From Bacteroidales bacterium (GTDB taxonomy: Bacteria; Bacteroidota; Bacteroidia; Bacteroidales; WCHB1-69): a stretch of DNA of 59,109 nt. The DNA is taken from assembly GCA_017964255.1 (NCBI GenBank), contig JAGCSI010000081.1, positions 1 through 59,109 of the forward strand. Reading direction: 5' to 3'. Below the pieces are notes generated by a model. That model saw nothing but the letters and a program-made list of their open reading frames with translations. It was not told the DNA's origin and searched no databases. Shown piece after piece: positions 1-8,815 of this stretch (position 1 is the first letter of the stretch; each line of letters opens with the position of its first letter). The position numbers and the translations under genes were made by a program.

Positions 1-2
1 GT

Positions 3-3000
3 GACTCCATCGTCACCCTCAACCTTACCATCAAGAACAAGACTTACGGAACTGATATCCAGGAGGCTTGCGACAGCTATACATGGATTGACGGCAACAC
101 CTACACTTCCAGCAACAATACCGCTACATACACCATTGTGGAAGGCAATGCTCAGGGTTGCGACTCTGTCGTCACCCTGCATTTGACCATCGGTCACAGC
201 AACACCGGCGACACAACGGCATTCGCTTGCAACAGTTTCACCTGGTATGGCGAGACATTCAACGAGACTCCCGCCGTTGCGCCCACTCATACTTTTACCA
301 ATGCCTCGGGTTGCGATTCCGTGGTGACCTTGCACTTGACAGTGAATCCGATAGTGAGTATGAACCGCATCAATAATCAGGTGGTGTGCAACAGTAAAAC
401 CACTACAAAAGTAAACTTTGGAACGAACAATACAGGTCCGGGCACAGTGAGCTACACATGGACCAACACCAATCCATCCATCGGTCTTCCGGCTAGTGGC
501 ACAACCGATTATATTCCCTCGTTCATGGCTATGAACAATACGACCGCTCCTATCGTAGGTTCGATTAAGGTAACTCCGAAATATTCATATGGTACAGCAG
601 AATGCGAGGGTATACCGATAACGTTTACCATCACGGTCAATCCGACTATAGCTGCGAACAGTATCAGCAATCAGGTGTTGTGCAACAATAACTCTACCGA
701 GGCAGTTGCGTTTGGCACGAATGCAACAGGAACAGGGAACGTAACATACGCCTGGACGAATACAAACACCGCAATTAACCTCGCTGCGAGTGGAAATGGA
801 ACAGGCATTGCTTCGTTCACCGCAACAAATAATACTACCAATCCCATTGAGGGAGCGATTTCAGTGACTCCAACCTATACCTATTCCGACAAGGCTTGTC
901 CGGGAACACCGGCGAACTTCACCATTACGGTCAATCCGACTATAGCCGCGAACAGTATCAGCAATCAGGTGTTGTGCAACAATAACTCTACCGAGGCAGT
1001 GGTGTTTGGCACGAATGCAACAGGAACAGGGAACGTAACATACGCGTGGACGAATACAAACACCGCAATTAACCTCGCTGCGAGTGGAAATGGAACAGGC
1101 ATTGCTTCGTTCACAGCAACAAATAATACTACCAATCCCATTGAGGGAGCGATTTCAGTGACACCAACCTATACCTATTCCAATAAGGCTTGTCCGGGAA
1201 CACCGGCGAACTTCACCATTACGGTCAATCCGACTATAGCAGCGAACAGTATCAGCAATCAGGTGGTGTGCAACAACAATTCTACCGAGGCAGTGGTGTT
1301 TGGCACGAATGCAACAGGACAGGGGAACGTAACATACGCTTGGACGAATACTAACACCTCAATTGGCCTCGCTGCAAGTGGAAATGGAGCTGGCATTGCT
1401 TCGTTCACTGCTACAAATAATACTACCAGCCCCATTGAGGGAACGATTTCAGTGACACCAACCTATACCTATTCCAATAAGGCTTGTCCGGGAACACCAG
1501 CGAACTTTACCATTACGGTGAACCCGACAGTGCAGATGAACAACATAGCAGATCAGGTGGTGTGCAACAATTATTCTACCGAGGCAGTAGTGTTCGGCAC
1601 GAATGCAACAGGACAGGGGAACGTAACATACGCTTGGACGAATACTAACACCTCAATTGGCCTCGCTGCAAGTGGAAATGGAGCTGGCATTGATTCGTTC
1701 ACTGCAACAAATAATACGACTGCTCCTCTAGTGGCTACTATTACGGTGACTCCGACATACATATACGAAAACGAGGGATGTGCCGGAGACTCGACAAACT
1801 ATACCATTACGGTGAACCCGACAGCACAGGTGAATAACATCAATAGTCAGGTGGTGTGCAATGGTGATTCCATACAGACAGTGGTGTTCGGCACGAACGC
1901 AGAGGGTGCGGATACGGTGACCTACAGCTGGACCAACAGCAATCCGGCCATCGGTCTTTCAGCTGCCACGGGAACCGGTGATTTGCCCGCTTTCCAGGCC
2001 GTGAATAATGGTACAGCGCCCGATAGTACAATCATTACCGTGACACCAACCTATTCTTATCGTGGAGAGGTTTGCGAGGGTACATCGACGAGCTTCACCA
2101 TCATGGTGAATCCGACCGTGCGGATGGACAGCATCTCCGACCAGATGGTGTGCAATGGCGGTTCCACAGAAGAGGTGGTCTTCAACACGGATGCAACGGG
2201 TGAGGGTATTGTAGTTTACACATGGACAGTTGACGTTGCGACTATCGGCCTTGCAAATGGTAGTGGAGATACACTTCCTTCGTTCACCGCTGTGAATGAG
2301 GGTACAGAACCCGTTGAGGCCACCATCATGGTGACCCCGACATACATCTATGCCAATGACAGTTGCGTGGGTGAGTCAACAAGTTTTACCATCACGGTGA
2401 ACCCAACGGTAAAGATGGATAGCATAGAAAATCAAGTGTTTTGTAACGGCAGTATGACCGACATAGTAGTGTTCGGTACGAATGCGACGGGCGAGGGTAC
2501 TGTGAATTACGAATGGATAGTCAATCATCCGGATATCGGCCTTTCAGCTGGTAGTGGCGATACTCTTCCATCGTTCACAACGTCGAACAATACAACCGCT
2601 CTTCTTGTAGCTACTGTTACGGTAACTCCAACCTATACCTACGCCAACAAAGCTTGTCAGGGAACCCCGACGAACTTCACCATTACGGTGAATCCGACAG
2701 CGCAAGTGGATAGTATCAACAGTCAGGTGGTGTGCAATGGTAATTCCACAGCAACTGTGGTATTCGGCACAAATGCCATGGGTGCGGATACCGTGACCTA
2801 TAGTTGGACCAACAGCAATCCGGCTATCGGACTTATAGCTGCCACGGGAACCGGTAATTTGCCAGCTTTCCAGGCAACGAACGATGGTACTGCCCCCGTG
2901 AGCACAACCATTACGGTGACACCAACCTATACTTATCGTGAAGTGGATTGCGAAGGCACCCCGATGAGTTTCACCATCACGGTGAACCCGACCGCGCAGG

Positions 3001-4379
3001 TGAATGACATCGGAAACCAGGTGGTGTGCAACGGCGCATTGACGTCACTGATCGAGTTCACAACGAATAACACTGGCGGCACAATGACATATACCTGGAC
3101 AAACGATACTCCAGGTATCGGTATTGACACTGTCGGAGGGGGTAATATTGAAGCGTTTACAGCAGTGAACAACGGCACAGAACCGGTAGAGGCACACATT
3201 ACAGTAACTCCTTATTTTAGCAATGGTGGTATGACTTGTGACGGTCCTGTCAAGGAGTTTACGATTACAATTAATCCAACGCTTGCGGAGAACAATATTC
3301 CCGATCAAGTGTGGTGTGAGGGTGCGTTGACCGATGCGGTGTTCTTCGGCACGAACGCAACGGGAGAAGGAACTGTGACATACGCATGGACGAATGACAA
3401 CCCGGGCATCGGCCTTGCTGAAACAGGAGAGCCAGGCTCGACGGGTATTGCACCGTTTATGGTGACGAACGGTACGACTGATCCAATCAGTGGAACCGTT
3501 ACCGTAACTCCGACCTATACTTATGCCAATGTGAGTTGCGTGGGAACTGCCGCAGTCTTTACCATTACGGCGAATCCAAATCCTCCTGTCTATGGTATTA
3601 CCGGCGATTCGGTCTTCTGTCAGAATCAGTATGCGGTGTATACTTATCCTGTTGAAAACACAGATCATTATTTGTATTCATGGTTCTTGCAAGACATTCC
3701 GGTAGGTGTGAATATCGATAGATTCACTTATTATCTCGCTCCGGATTCATTGTCGTACGATACCAATGTGGTGGTTAAATTGGAAGTCACGGATATTATT
3801 ACAGGCTGTATGTCCGATACAAGCATGAGACTGAGAATTTGCAGCCACAATTCCCCGGATACCACGTTCGTTATTCGGAAGAATAATACCAATATGCTAA
3901 TATGCAGACCGAAATCCAGTCCGGACGGGGTTGTGCATTATCAATGGGGATATACAGATAAGGAGAGTGGAAATGAGGTGATTTATACTTGGGATTACAA
4001 TTACTATCAATATGGACATGAACTCAACACAACATTATATGATTACTGGGTAGAAACATACATCATTTATGAGGATGTCATTTGCCGGAACAGAACATAT
4101 TATGTGGTTGATGAACCTGTTGGTGTTGAGAGTTACAATGACGATTTCAACGTGTTGGTATATCAACAGAGCGGACAATGCCGTCTGCGTATTACCAATT
4201 CTGGAATGCGTCACATTACAGGAGGCCTGTACGATATTTCCGGCAAGTTGTTACAGAAGATGGATTATGGGAAAGTTCCTGTGGTGGATAAACAGTTGGA
4301 TCTTGATTATGCCCATGGTGTGTACGTACTGGTATTGTACGCTGATGGGAAACGTTACACAACAAAAATCGCCTGGTAG
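3..4379 (+). CDS. Large surface/secreted protein, 5'-truncated by the window: CDSxVTL repeats, 11 PKD-like Ig repeats, divergent T9SS type A C-terminal domain
   Basis: The frame is open from nt 3 (DSIVTLNLTIKNKTYG...) into the 138..4379 ORF. It has ~98-aa units NPT...QVVCN...YxWTNxNxxIGL...VTPTY...C.G....FTITV. The C-terminus has LYDISGKLL...GVYVLVL...TTKIAW (T9SS CTD-like, without YPNP). Confidence 0.85.
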   Translation, partial: DSIVTLNLTIKNKTYGTDIQEACDSYTWIDGNTYTSSNNTATYTIVEGNAQGCDSVVTLHLTIGHSNTGDTTAFACNSFTWYGETFNETPAVAPTHTFTNASGCDSVVTLHLTVNPIVSMNRINNQVVCNSKTTTKVNFGTNNTGPGTVSYTWTNTNPSIGLPASGTTDYIPSFMAMNNTTAPIVGSIKVTPKYSYGTAECEGIPITFTITVNPTIAANSISNQVLCNNNSTEAVAFGTNATGTGNVTYAWTNTNTAINLAASGNGTGIASFTATNNTTNPIEGAISVTPTYTYSDKACPGTPANFTITVNPTIAANSISNQVLCNNNSTEAVVFGTNATGTGNVTYAWTNTNTAINLAASGNGTGIASFTATNNTTNPIEGAISVTPTYTYSNKACPGTPANFTITVNPTIAANSISNQVVCNNNSTEAVVFGTNATGQGNVTYAWTNTNTSIGLAASGNGAGIASFTATNNTTSPIEGTISVTPTYTYSNKACPGTPANFTITVNPTVQMNNIADQVVCNNYSTEAVVFGTNATGQGNVTYAWTNTNTSIGLAASGNGAGIDSFTATNNTTAPLVATITVTPTYIYENEGCAGDSTNYTITVNPTAQVNNINSQVVCNGDSIQTVVFGTNAEGADTVTYSWTNSNPAIGLSAATGTGDLPAFQAVNNGTAPDSTIITVTPTYSYRGEVCEGTSTSFTIMVNPTVRMDSISDQMVCNGGSTEEVVFNTDATGEGIVVYTWTVDVATIGLANGSGDTLPSFTAVNEGTEPVEATIMVTPTYIYANDSCVGESTSFTITVNPTVKMDSIENQVFCNGSMTDIVVFGTNATGEGTVNYEWIVNHPDIGLSAGSGDTLPSFTTSNNTTALLVATVTVTPTYTYANKACQGTPTNFTITVNPTAQVDSINSQVVCNGNSTATVVFGTNAMGADTVTYSWTNSNPAIGLIAATGTGNLPAFQATNDGTAPVSTTITVTPTYTYREVDCEGTPMSFTITVNPTAQVNDIGNQVVCNGALTSLIEFTTNNTGGTMTYTWTNDTPGIGIDTVGGGNIEAFTAVNNGTEPVEAHITVTPYFSNGGMTCDGPVKEFTITINPTLAENNIPDQVWCEGALTDAVFFGTNATGEGTVTYAWTNDNPGIGLAETGEPGSTGIAPFMVTNGTTDPISGTVTVTPTYTYANVSCVGTAAVFTITANPNPPVYGITGDSVFCQNQYAVYTYPVENTDHYLYSWFLQDIPVGVNIDRFTYYLAPDSLSYDTNVVVKLEVTDIITGCMSDTSMRLRICSHNSPDTTFVIRKNNTNMLICRPKSSPDGVVHYQWGYTDKESGNEVIYTWDYNYYQYGHELNTTLYDYWVETYIIYEDVICRNRTYYVVDEPVGVESYNDDFNVLVYQQSGQCRLRITNSGMRHITGGLYDISGKLLQKMDYGKVPVVDKQLDLDYAHGVYVLVLYADGKRYTTKIAW
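345..3575 (+). repeat. Intragenic tandem repeat, ~294-bp unit, 11 copies (PKD-like domains)
   Basis: acggtcaatccgactatagc recurs at 633, 927 and 1221 (period 294). Units 2-4 are near-identical in DNA; later units are more diverged. Confidence 0.9.
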
Positions 4380-4381
4380 TT

Positions 4382-5932
4382 ATGAAAATAGGAAAGTGTT
4401 TTTTATTGGTGATTTTCTGGTGCGGATGTTTTTCCGCGTCAATGTTCGCACAGTCAGTCAGAGATTTGATGCAGAGCAATGGTGCTGTCTATGAACTGGT
4501 GAATGAGTATGTGGAGAATTCAAACCTGACAGAGAACTATGCGGGCAAGGTGAATGTGTTCAAAAGTCTTTTTGCCACAGAACAGGCGGAACTGTATATG
4601 GACCACTTGTTATGGCAGAATAACAACGAAATGCTTGGCTCCGACAAGTTGCCATTGTCTGACTATTGCAGATTCTATCAGGGACAGCAGGGCAGTTTCT
4701 CTAAAAATTCCTATCTGGTCAGCGATGTGTCTGTCCAATTGGCAAGTTTGGCGGATAATATGGCTTATTATCAGGTTTCCTTGACCAAGACATACCGCTT
4801 GAATATGCTGAATGAAAAGCAGACTTACAAACTGTTGATGGATGTTCAGTATTCTTTCGCCTCAAAGAATGCCAAAATCACGGGTGTCAAATTAGCGGGA
4901 AAGAATAAAATGGAGCCTTTTATGATGGCCAATTATGTGAAAAATGAAAGAACTTTTTATGTTCCGGCGACATTGAAATTGGAGCGGGTAGATGGCAGTA
5001 CGGTAAATTTGGGAGAGACCGTGGAGCAGGTTAAGCAGTCTTCATACGACAATTTGAAAAAGAAGGGCAGCGCGGTGTATCTGTACGAGGAAAACAAACG
5101 AAGCCAGTATAGGGAACTTTCTGTAAGGACTGTGAAGAATGCGCTGGGAATAGAACTGGGTTATGCTCATCCTCTGATGTTTTCCTCGACGGTGGCAAAA
5201 CTGGATATGCAGGGCGCTTTTGACGGAGCGACAAGGATAACGGGGCATAAATTCCATGTAGGGATTATCTATCTTCGCCAGTTGTATGCCATAAACCGAC
5301 ACAGAGTCAGTATGGAAGGTGGACTGCAATTCGCTCTGTACCGTCAACGTTTTACGGCAGAGAATTATAAGGAGATTTATGAAACTGATGATGAAGAAGG
5401 TGAGAAATACACCAGAAATACCCTGGTGACGAACTACAATGAGTTGAGTCGCGCATGGTGTCTGGCAGTGCCTGTGACGGCCAGGTATGATTACTATGTT
5501 CTGAATAATATGTCGGTATTTGCCATGGTGGGCGTGAAATGCAACATTTTGTTTTGGAAGCCTGCCACAGCCATGTTTGATGCCCAATATTCAGGACAAT
5601 ATGGTCCGGAACTATTTAACCTGTTTATTGATCAGAATGGTTATTATGATTTTGGACGATTTGATGAAAATAAGCTGACACAGGAAAAATCAAACGCTAT
5701 GGGCTGGAATATGGAAAGTGTCTTGGCGCTTGGTCTGCAGTATCATTTTAACGAAAGTTGGTCAATGGAGGCTTCCGCCTCATGGATGCTTAAGTTGGTC
5801 AATGCCTCCAAACAAAATGGAACTGGTATGCGGCTGAGTGTCGACAGCGGACATTTCCAGTCCATCAACGATTGTGTAGGTGATGGTAAGAATACTATGG
5901 AATATCAAATTCGGATAAAATATAATTTTTAG
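4382..5932 (+). CDS. Outer-membrane beta-barrel protein (PorT/OMP-like C-terminal half) with an unknown N-terminal domain
   Basis: Signal peptide (...SASMFA/QS). Amphipathic strands (LAVPVTARYDY, LGLQYHFNESWSMEA). Terminal beta-signal YQIRIKYNF ending in Phe. Confidence 0.7.
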   Translation: MKIGKCFLLVIFWCGCFSASMFAQSVRDLMQSNGAVYELVNEYVENSNLTENYAGKVNVFKSLFATEQAELYMDHLLWQNNNEMLGSDKLPLSDYCRFYQGQQGSFSKNSYLVSDVSVQLASLADNMAYYQVSLTKTYRLNMLNEKQTYKLLMDVQYSFASKNAKITGVKLAGKNKMEPFMMANYVKNERTFYVPATLKLERVDGSTVNLGETVEQVKQSSYDNLKKKGSAVYLYEENKRSQYRELSVRTVKNALGIELGYAHPLMFSSTVAKLDMQGAFDGATRITGHKFHVGIIYLRQLYAINRHRVSMEGGLQFALYRQRFTAENYKEIYETDDEEGEKYTRNTLVTNYNELSRAWCLAVPVTARYDYYVLNNMSVFAMVGVKCNILFWKPATAMFDAQYSGQYGPELFNLFIDQNGYYDFGRFDENKLTQEKSNAMGWNMESVLALGLQYHFNESWSMEASASWMLKLVNASKQNGTGMRLSVDSGHFQSINDCVGDGKNTMEYQIRIKYNF

Positions 5933-5937
5933 TGGAT

Positions 5938-6522
5938 ATGAGGAAAAGTTTACTCCTATTATTAGTTCTCCTGTTCTCGCTTTCAATGGGCAAGGCGCAG
6001 AATTTCCATTTCTTCTGTATCAATATAGGGGAAAATTCTGACGGGGATTATATAGTGGAACAGATAGGTGAGGTCTTGAATAACATCTCATCGGGAGACG
6101 AGTTTATGGTGTATATACGTGGCGGTATCAGTAATAATGGTAAAATGTTTGATGCGTATATAGTTGATAATTTAGAAGATTGGAAGGAAGTGTCGCCTAA
6201 AATCAGTAGGCTGAAACAGTATTCTGTTTTGCCCAAACCTGAATATGATAATTTGCTGCGTCAATTTCAAAACAAGTATGAGGTCAATGACCAGACATTG
6301 ACTGCGAAAAAGAATATATATGTTTATTGGTTTGCCGACAAATTGTACTATGAGCGTTACGGTGGAGATATTCTGTTGAAGTTTTACAGCTCGTGCATGG
6401 GAAACAAGACTTGGGCACAGTGTAATATATATCCGGATAGGAGAGGCCTGTTTGCCGGCTTGTCTTTTGGTCAACTGGTGAATAATCTCTTTGTTCAATA
6501 TGGAAATATAAATATAAAATAA
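5938..6522 (+). CDS. Exported hypothetical protein (alpha/beta, possibly degenerate vWA-like)
   Basis: ATG at 5938 gives the signal peptide MRKSLLLLLVLLFSLSMGKA/Q. Strand-helix-strand pattern; no MIDAS motif. Confidence 0.7.
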   Translation: MRKSLLLLLVLLFSLSMGKAQNFHFFCINIGENSDGDYIVEQIGEVLNNISSGDEFMVYIRGGISNNGKMFDAYIVDNLEDWKEVSPKISRLKQYSVLPKPEYDNLLRQFQNKYEVNDQTLTAKKNIYVYWFADKLYYERYGGDILLKFYSSCMGNKTWAQCNIYPDRRGLFAGLSFGQLVNNLFVQYGNINIK

Positions 6523-6529
6523 ATTAGTT

Positions 6530-7489
6530 ATGCAGTGTAGATTTTGTGGATTGGAAAATCCGGAAGGAACGGTGATTTGCAGTCGTTGTGGTACTGTTTT
6601 AGGAAAAAGCGCTATCCCTGAGAATAATGCTCAGAATTATGCCGAAGGAGTAGGAGGCCAGGAACCGAAGTCAGGGAATGACAGAAGTTCATGTGAATTT
6701 TGTGGCTATCCATTGTTGCCCAATACAAAGGTGTGCCCCAATTGCCATAAAACTGTGGTTGAGGAAGAGGTGGAAATCAAGCCAATTGAGAATGTGGCGG
6801 GTGTTGACGAGAAAACGGATGTTGATGAGAAGAAGAACGATCCGAAGAAAACGGTAGTGGCAGTCGGTCATGCAGTAGATCCCAAGAAGACGGTCGTGGC
6901 AGGTGCTCCAGTGGCGCCCGTGGCAGATTCGAAGAAAACGGTAGTGGCAGGTGCTCCAGTGGCATCTGCGGCAGATCCGAAGAAAACGGTAGTGGCAAAT
7001 GCTCCTGCAGCATCTGTGACAGATCCGAAGAAAACAGTAGTGGCAAATGCTCCTGTTTATAAACCCAAGGATACGATTCCGGAGTTTAGACCGAAGGCTA
7101 CGGTAGTTGAAAACAAAGCCGCGCAGGATGTTAAGGACGCCAAGAAAACTGTTAATCCGTATGCGAACATCCCGCATCGTCAGCCGATGGCGGAGGCATA
7201 TTGCTCCATTGAACCGGTTCCGGATTCTCCCGCAGAAGCAGGTCGTCTCAAAAAGTTTGAGTTCGATAAGCAGCAAGTGGTGTTGAGACGCGAAAATACC
7301 GAACCAGGCAATAGTAGCATCACCTCGAAAGAGCAGGCGGTATTGACCTTCGAGAATGGAGCGTGGTATGTTGAGGACAAGAGCGCTTTCCAGACCACCT
7401 TTGTGAGGGCAGGACGCAAGTTGCAACTGCAGGATGGGGACATGATTTTGCTGGGTGACCGTAAATTTGTATTTAAAACGAAAAAATAA
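6530..7489 (+). CDS. Double zinc-ribbon + Thr-repeat linker + C-terminal FHA domain protein
   Basis: CRFC...CSRC and CEFC...CPNC Zn ribbons; DPKKTVVA repeats; FHA-like C-terminus (SITSKEQAVL...WYVEDKSAFQTTFV...LQDGDMILLG). Confidence 0.85.
   Translation: MQCRFCGLENPEGTVICSRCGTVLGKSAIPENNAQNYAEGVGGQEPKSGNDRSSCEFCGYPLLPNTKVCPNCHKTVVEEEVEIKPIENVAGVDEKTDVDEKKNDPKKTVVAVGHAVDPKKTVVAGAPVAPVADSKKTVVAGAPVASAADPKKTVVANAPAASVTDPKKTVVANAPVYKPKDTIPEFRPKATVVENKAAQDVKDAKKTVNPYANIPHRQPMAEAYCSIEPVPDSPAEAGRLKKFEFDKQQVVLRRENTEPGNSSITSKEQAVLTFENGAWYVEDKSAFQTTFVRAGRKLQLQDGDMILLGDRKFVFKTKK
6839..7056 (+). repeat. Five ~48-bp tandem repeats encoding D(P/S)KKTVVA units
   Basis: A gatccgaagaaaacggtagtggca-like unit occurs five times; degenerate copies PKDTIP, PKATVV and AKKTVN follow. 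Confidence 0.9.
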
Positions 7490-7493
7490 TACT

Positions 7494-8777
7494 ATGAAAC
7501 AGGATGTTAGTGTTTCTCGCTGTCAGTTCAAGCCAGGGGATTATGTGAACGGGAAATACCATGTGGAAGAACTGTTGGGAGAGGGAAGTTTCGGAATGGT
7601 ATATAAGGTGAGCGATCCGCAGGGCAGATTGTATGCGCTGAAGTTGTTGCCATTGTGGAAACGTGCTCCCTCGGAACGCGAGGAATTGGTACAACGTTTC
7701 AGAATGGAGTTTGACACGGGACGTATCAACAGCCCGTATTTGGTGCATTCCTTTGTGTACGACGAGGTGAAAGGCAATCCGTATATTATCATGGAGTATT
7801 GCCGCAAGGGCAATTTGTATAAGTTGTTTGAGGATTCAAAAGCCGACACTTCCAAAATCTTTTGCCAGATACTTTATGGTTTGCAAGCTTTGCACAAGAA
7901 TGGTAAAATTCACAGAGATCTTAAGCCTGAAAACATCCTGGTGAAAGAAGACAATGTTGTCGCACTGTCGGATTTCGGCACGTCAGGGGTAATCACCAGT
8001 CTTACGCGTTGGCAGACCCTTTTTCACAAAGCGGATGTGTTTGGGACATTTGCCTATATGGCCCCCGAGTTGTTCAATTCCAAGAAAAACAAGGCGGTCA
8101 TGTTACCTACCACTGATATATTTTCTTTCGGGGTGGTGGTGTTTGAGTTGCTGTGCAAGGATTATCCCTTCGGTTCCCTTGAAAGCGAGAAAGATCTGCA
8201 GCCCTATATGAAAAATGCGGAAAAAGGTTTGTGGAACAAGTCCAAAATTCGTGTGAAACCGGAATTGGCCAAATGGGAACCGGTGATAGATGGTTGCCTG
8301 AATCCTGACTATTCCGCCCGATTCCAGAAGATTGAAGATGTGCTCAAGGTGATGCCACAGCGATCCCTGCCTAAGAATGTTGTTTCGGTGGACTTTAACA
8401 CCGACCTCTCCAAGGGTGTTGTACTTAAGGTTATGCAGGGTGAGGCGTATGGCAAAAAATATGACCTGAACCAGTACCTGCAGCAAGACCAGTGTATTGT
8501 GACCGGAGGACGTTTGAGCGAGGATTACTCCAATAAAATCAACATCAGAGACTTCGATACCAGCTATATTTCCAGACGTCATTTCACCTTGGAATATCAT
8601 GCCGAGGATACTCATTGGTATATTCGTGACGGCCAATGGTACGATGGCCATTGGAATAACTCCTTGAACGGAACCTATGTCAATTCGCACGAACTGCAGA
8701 AGTTTGAGGGGTTGCCGTTGAATGCGGGCGATATCATCACCGTGGGTGAAGTGAAAATGCGTGTGGAAGGTGTATAA
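7494..8777 (+). CDS. Hanks-type Ser/Thr protein kinase with C-terminal FHA domain (soluble)
   Basis: GEGSFG, YALK, HRDLKPEN, DFG, YMAPE, TDIFSFG; FHA motifs GR, SRRH, NGTYVN, GDIITVG. No TM segment. ATG 7494 is preferred over GTG 7455. Confidence 0.95.
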   Translation: MKQDVSVSRCQFKPGDYVNGKYHVEELLGEGSFGMVYKVSDPQGRLYALKLLPLWKRAPSEREELVQRFRMEFDTGRINSPYLVHSFVYDEVKGNPYIIMEYCRKGNLYKLFEDSKADTSKIFCQILYGLQALHKNGKIHRDLKPENILVKEDNVVALSDFGTSGVITSLTRWQTLFHKADVFGTFAYMAPELFNSKKNKAVMLPTTDIFSFGVVVFELLCKDYPFGSLESEKDLQPYMKNAEKGLWNKSKIRVKPELAKWEPVIDGCLNPDYSARFQKIEDVLKVMPQRSLPKNVVSVDFNTDLSKGVVLKVMQGEAYGKKYDLNQYLQQDQCIVTGGRLSEDYSNKINIRDFDTSYISRRHFTLEYHAEDTHWYIRDGQWYDGHWNNSLNGTYVNSHELQKFEGLPLNAGDIITVGEVKMRVEGV

Positions 8778-8815
8778 GACTGAAAAATTTTTTTAATAAC
8801 CAAAATCATATTATC

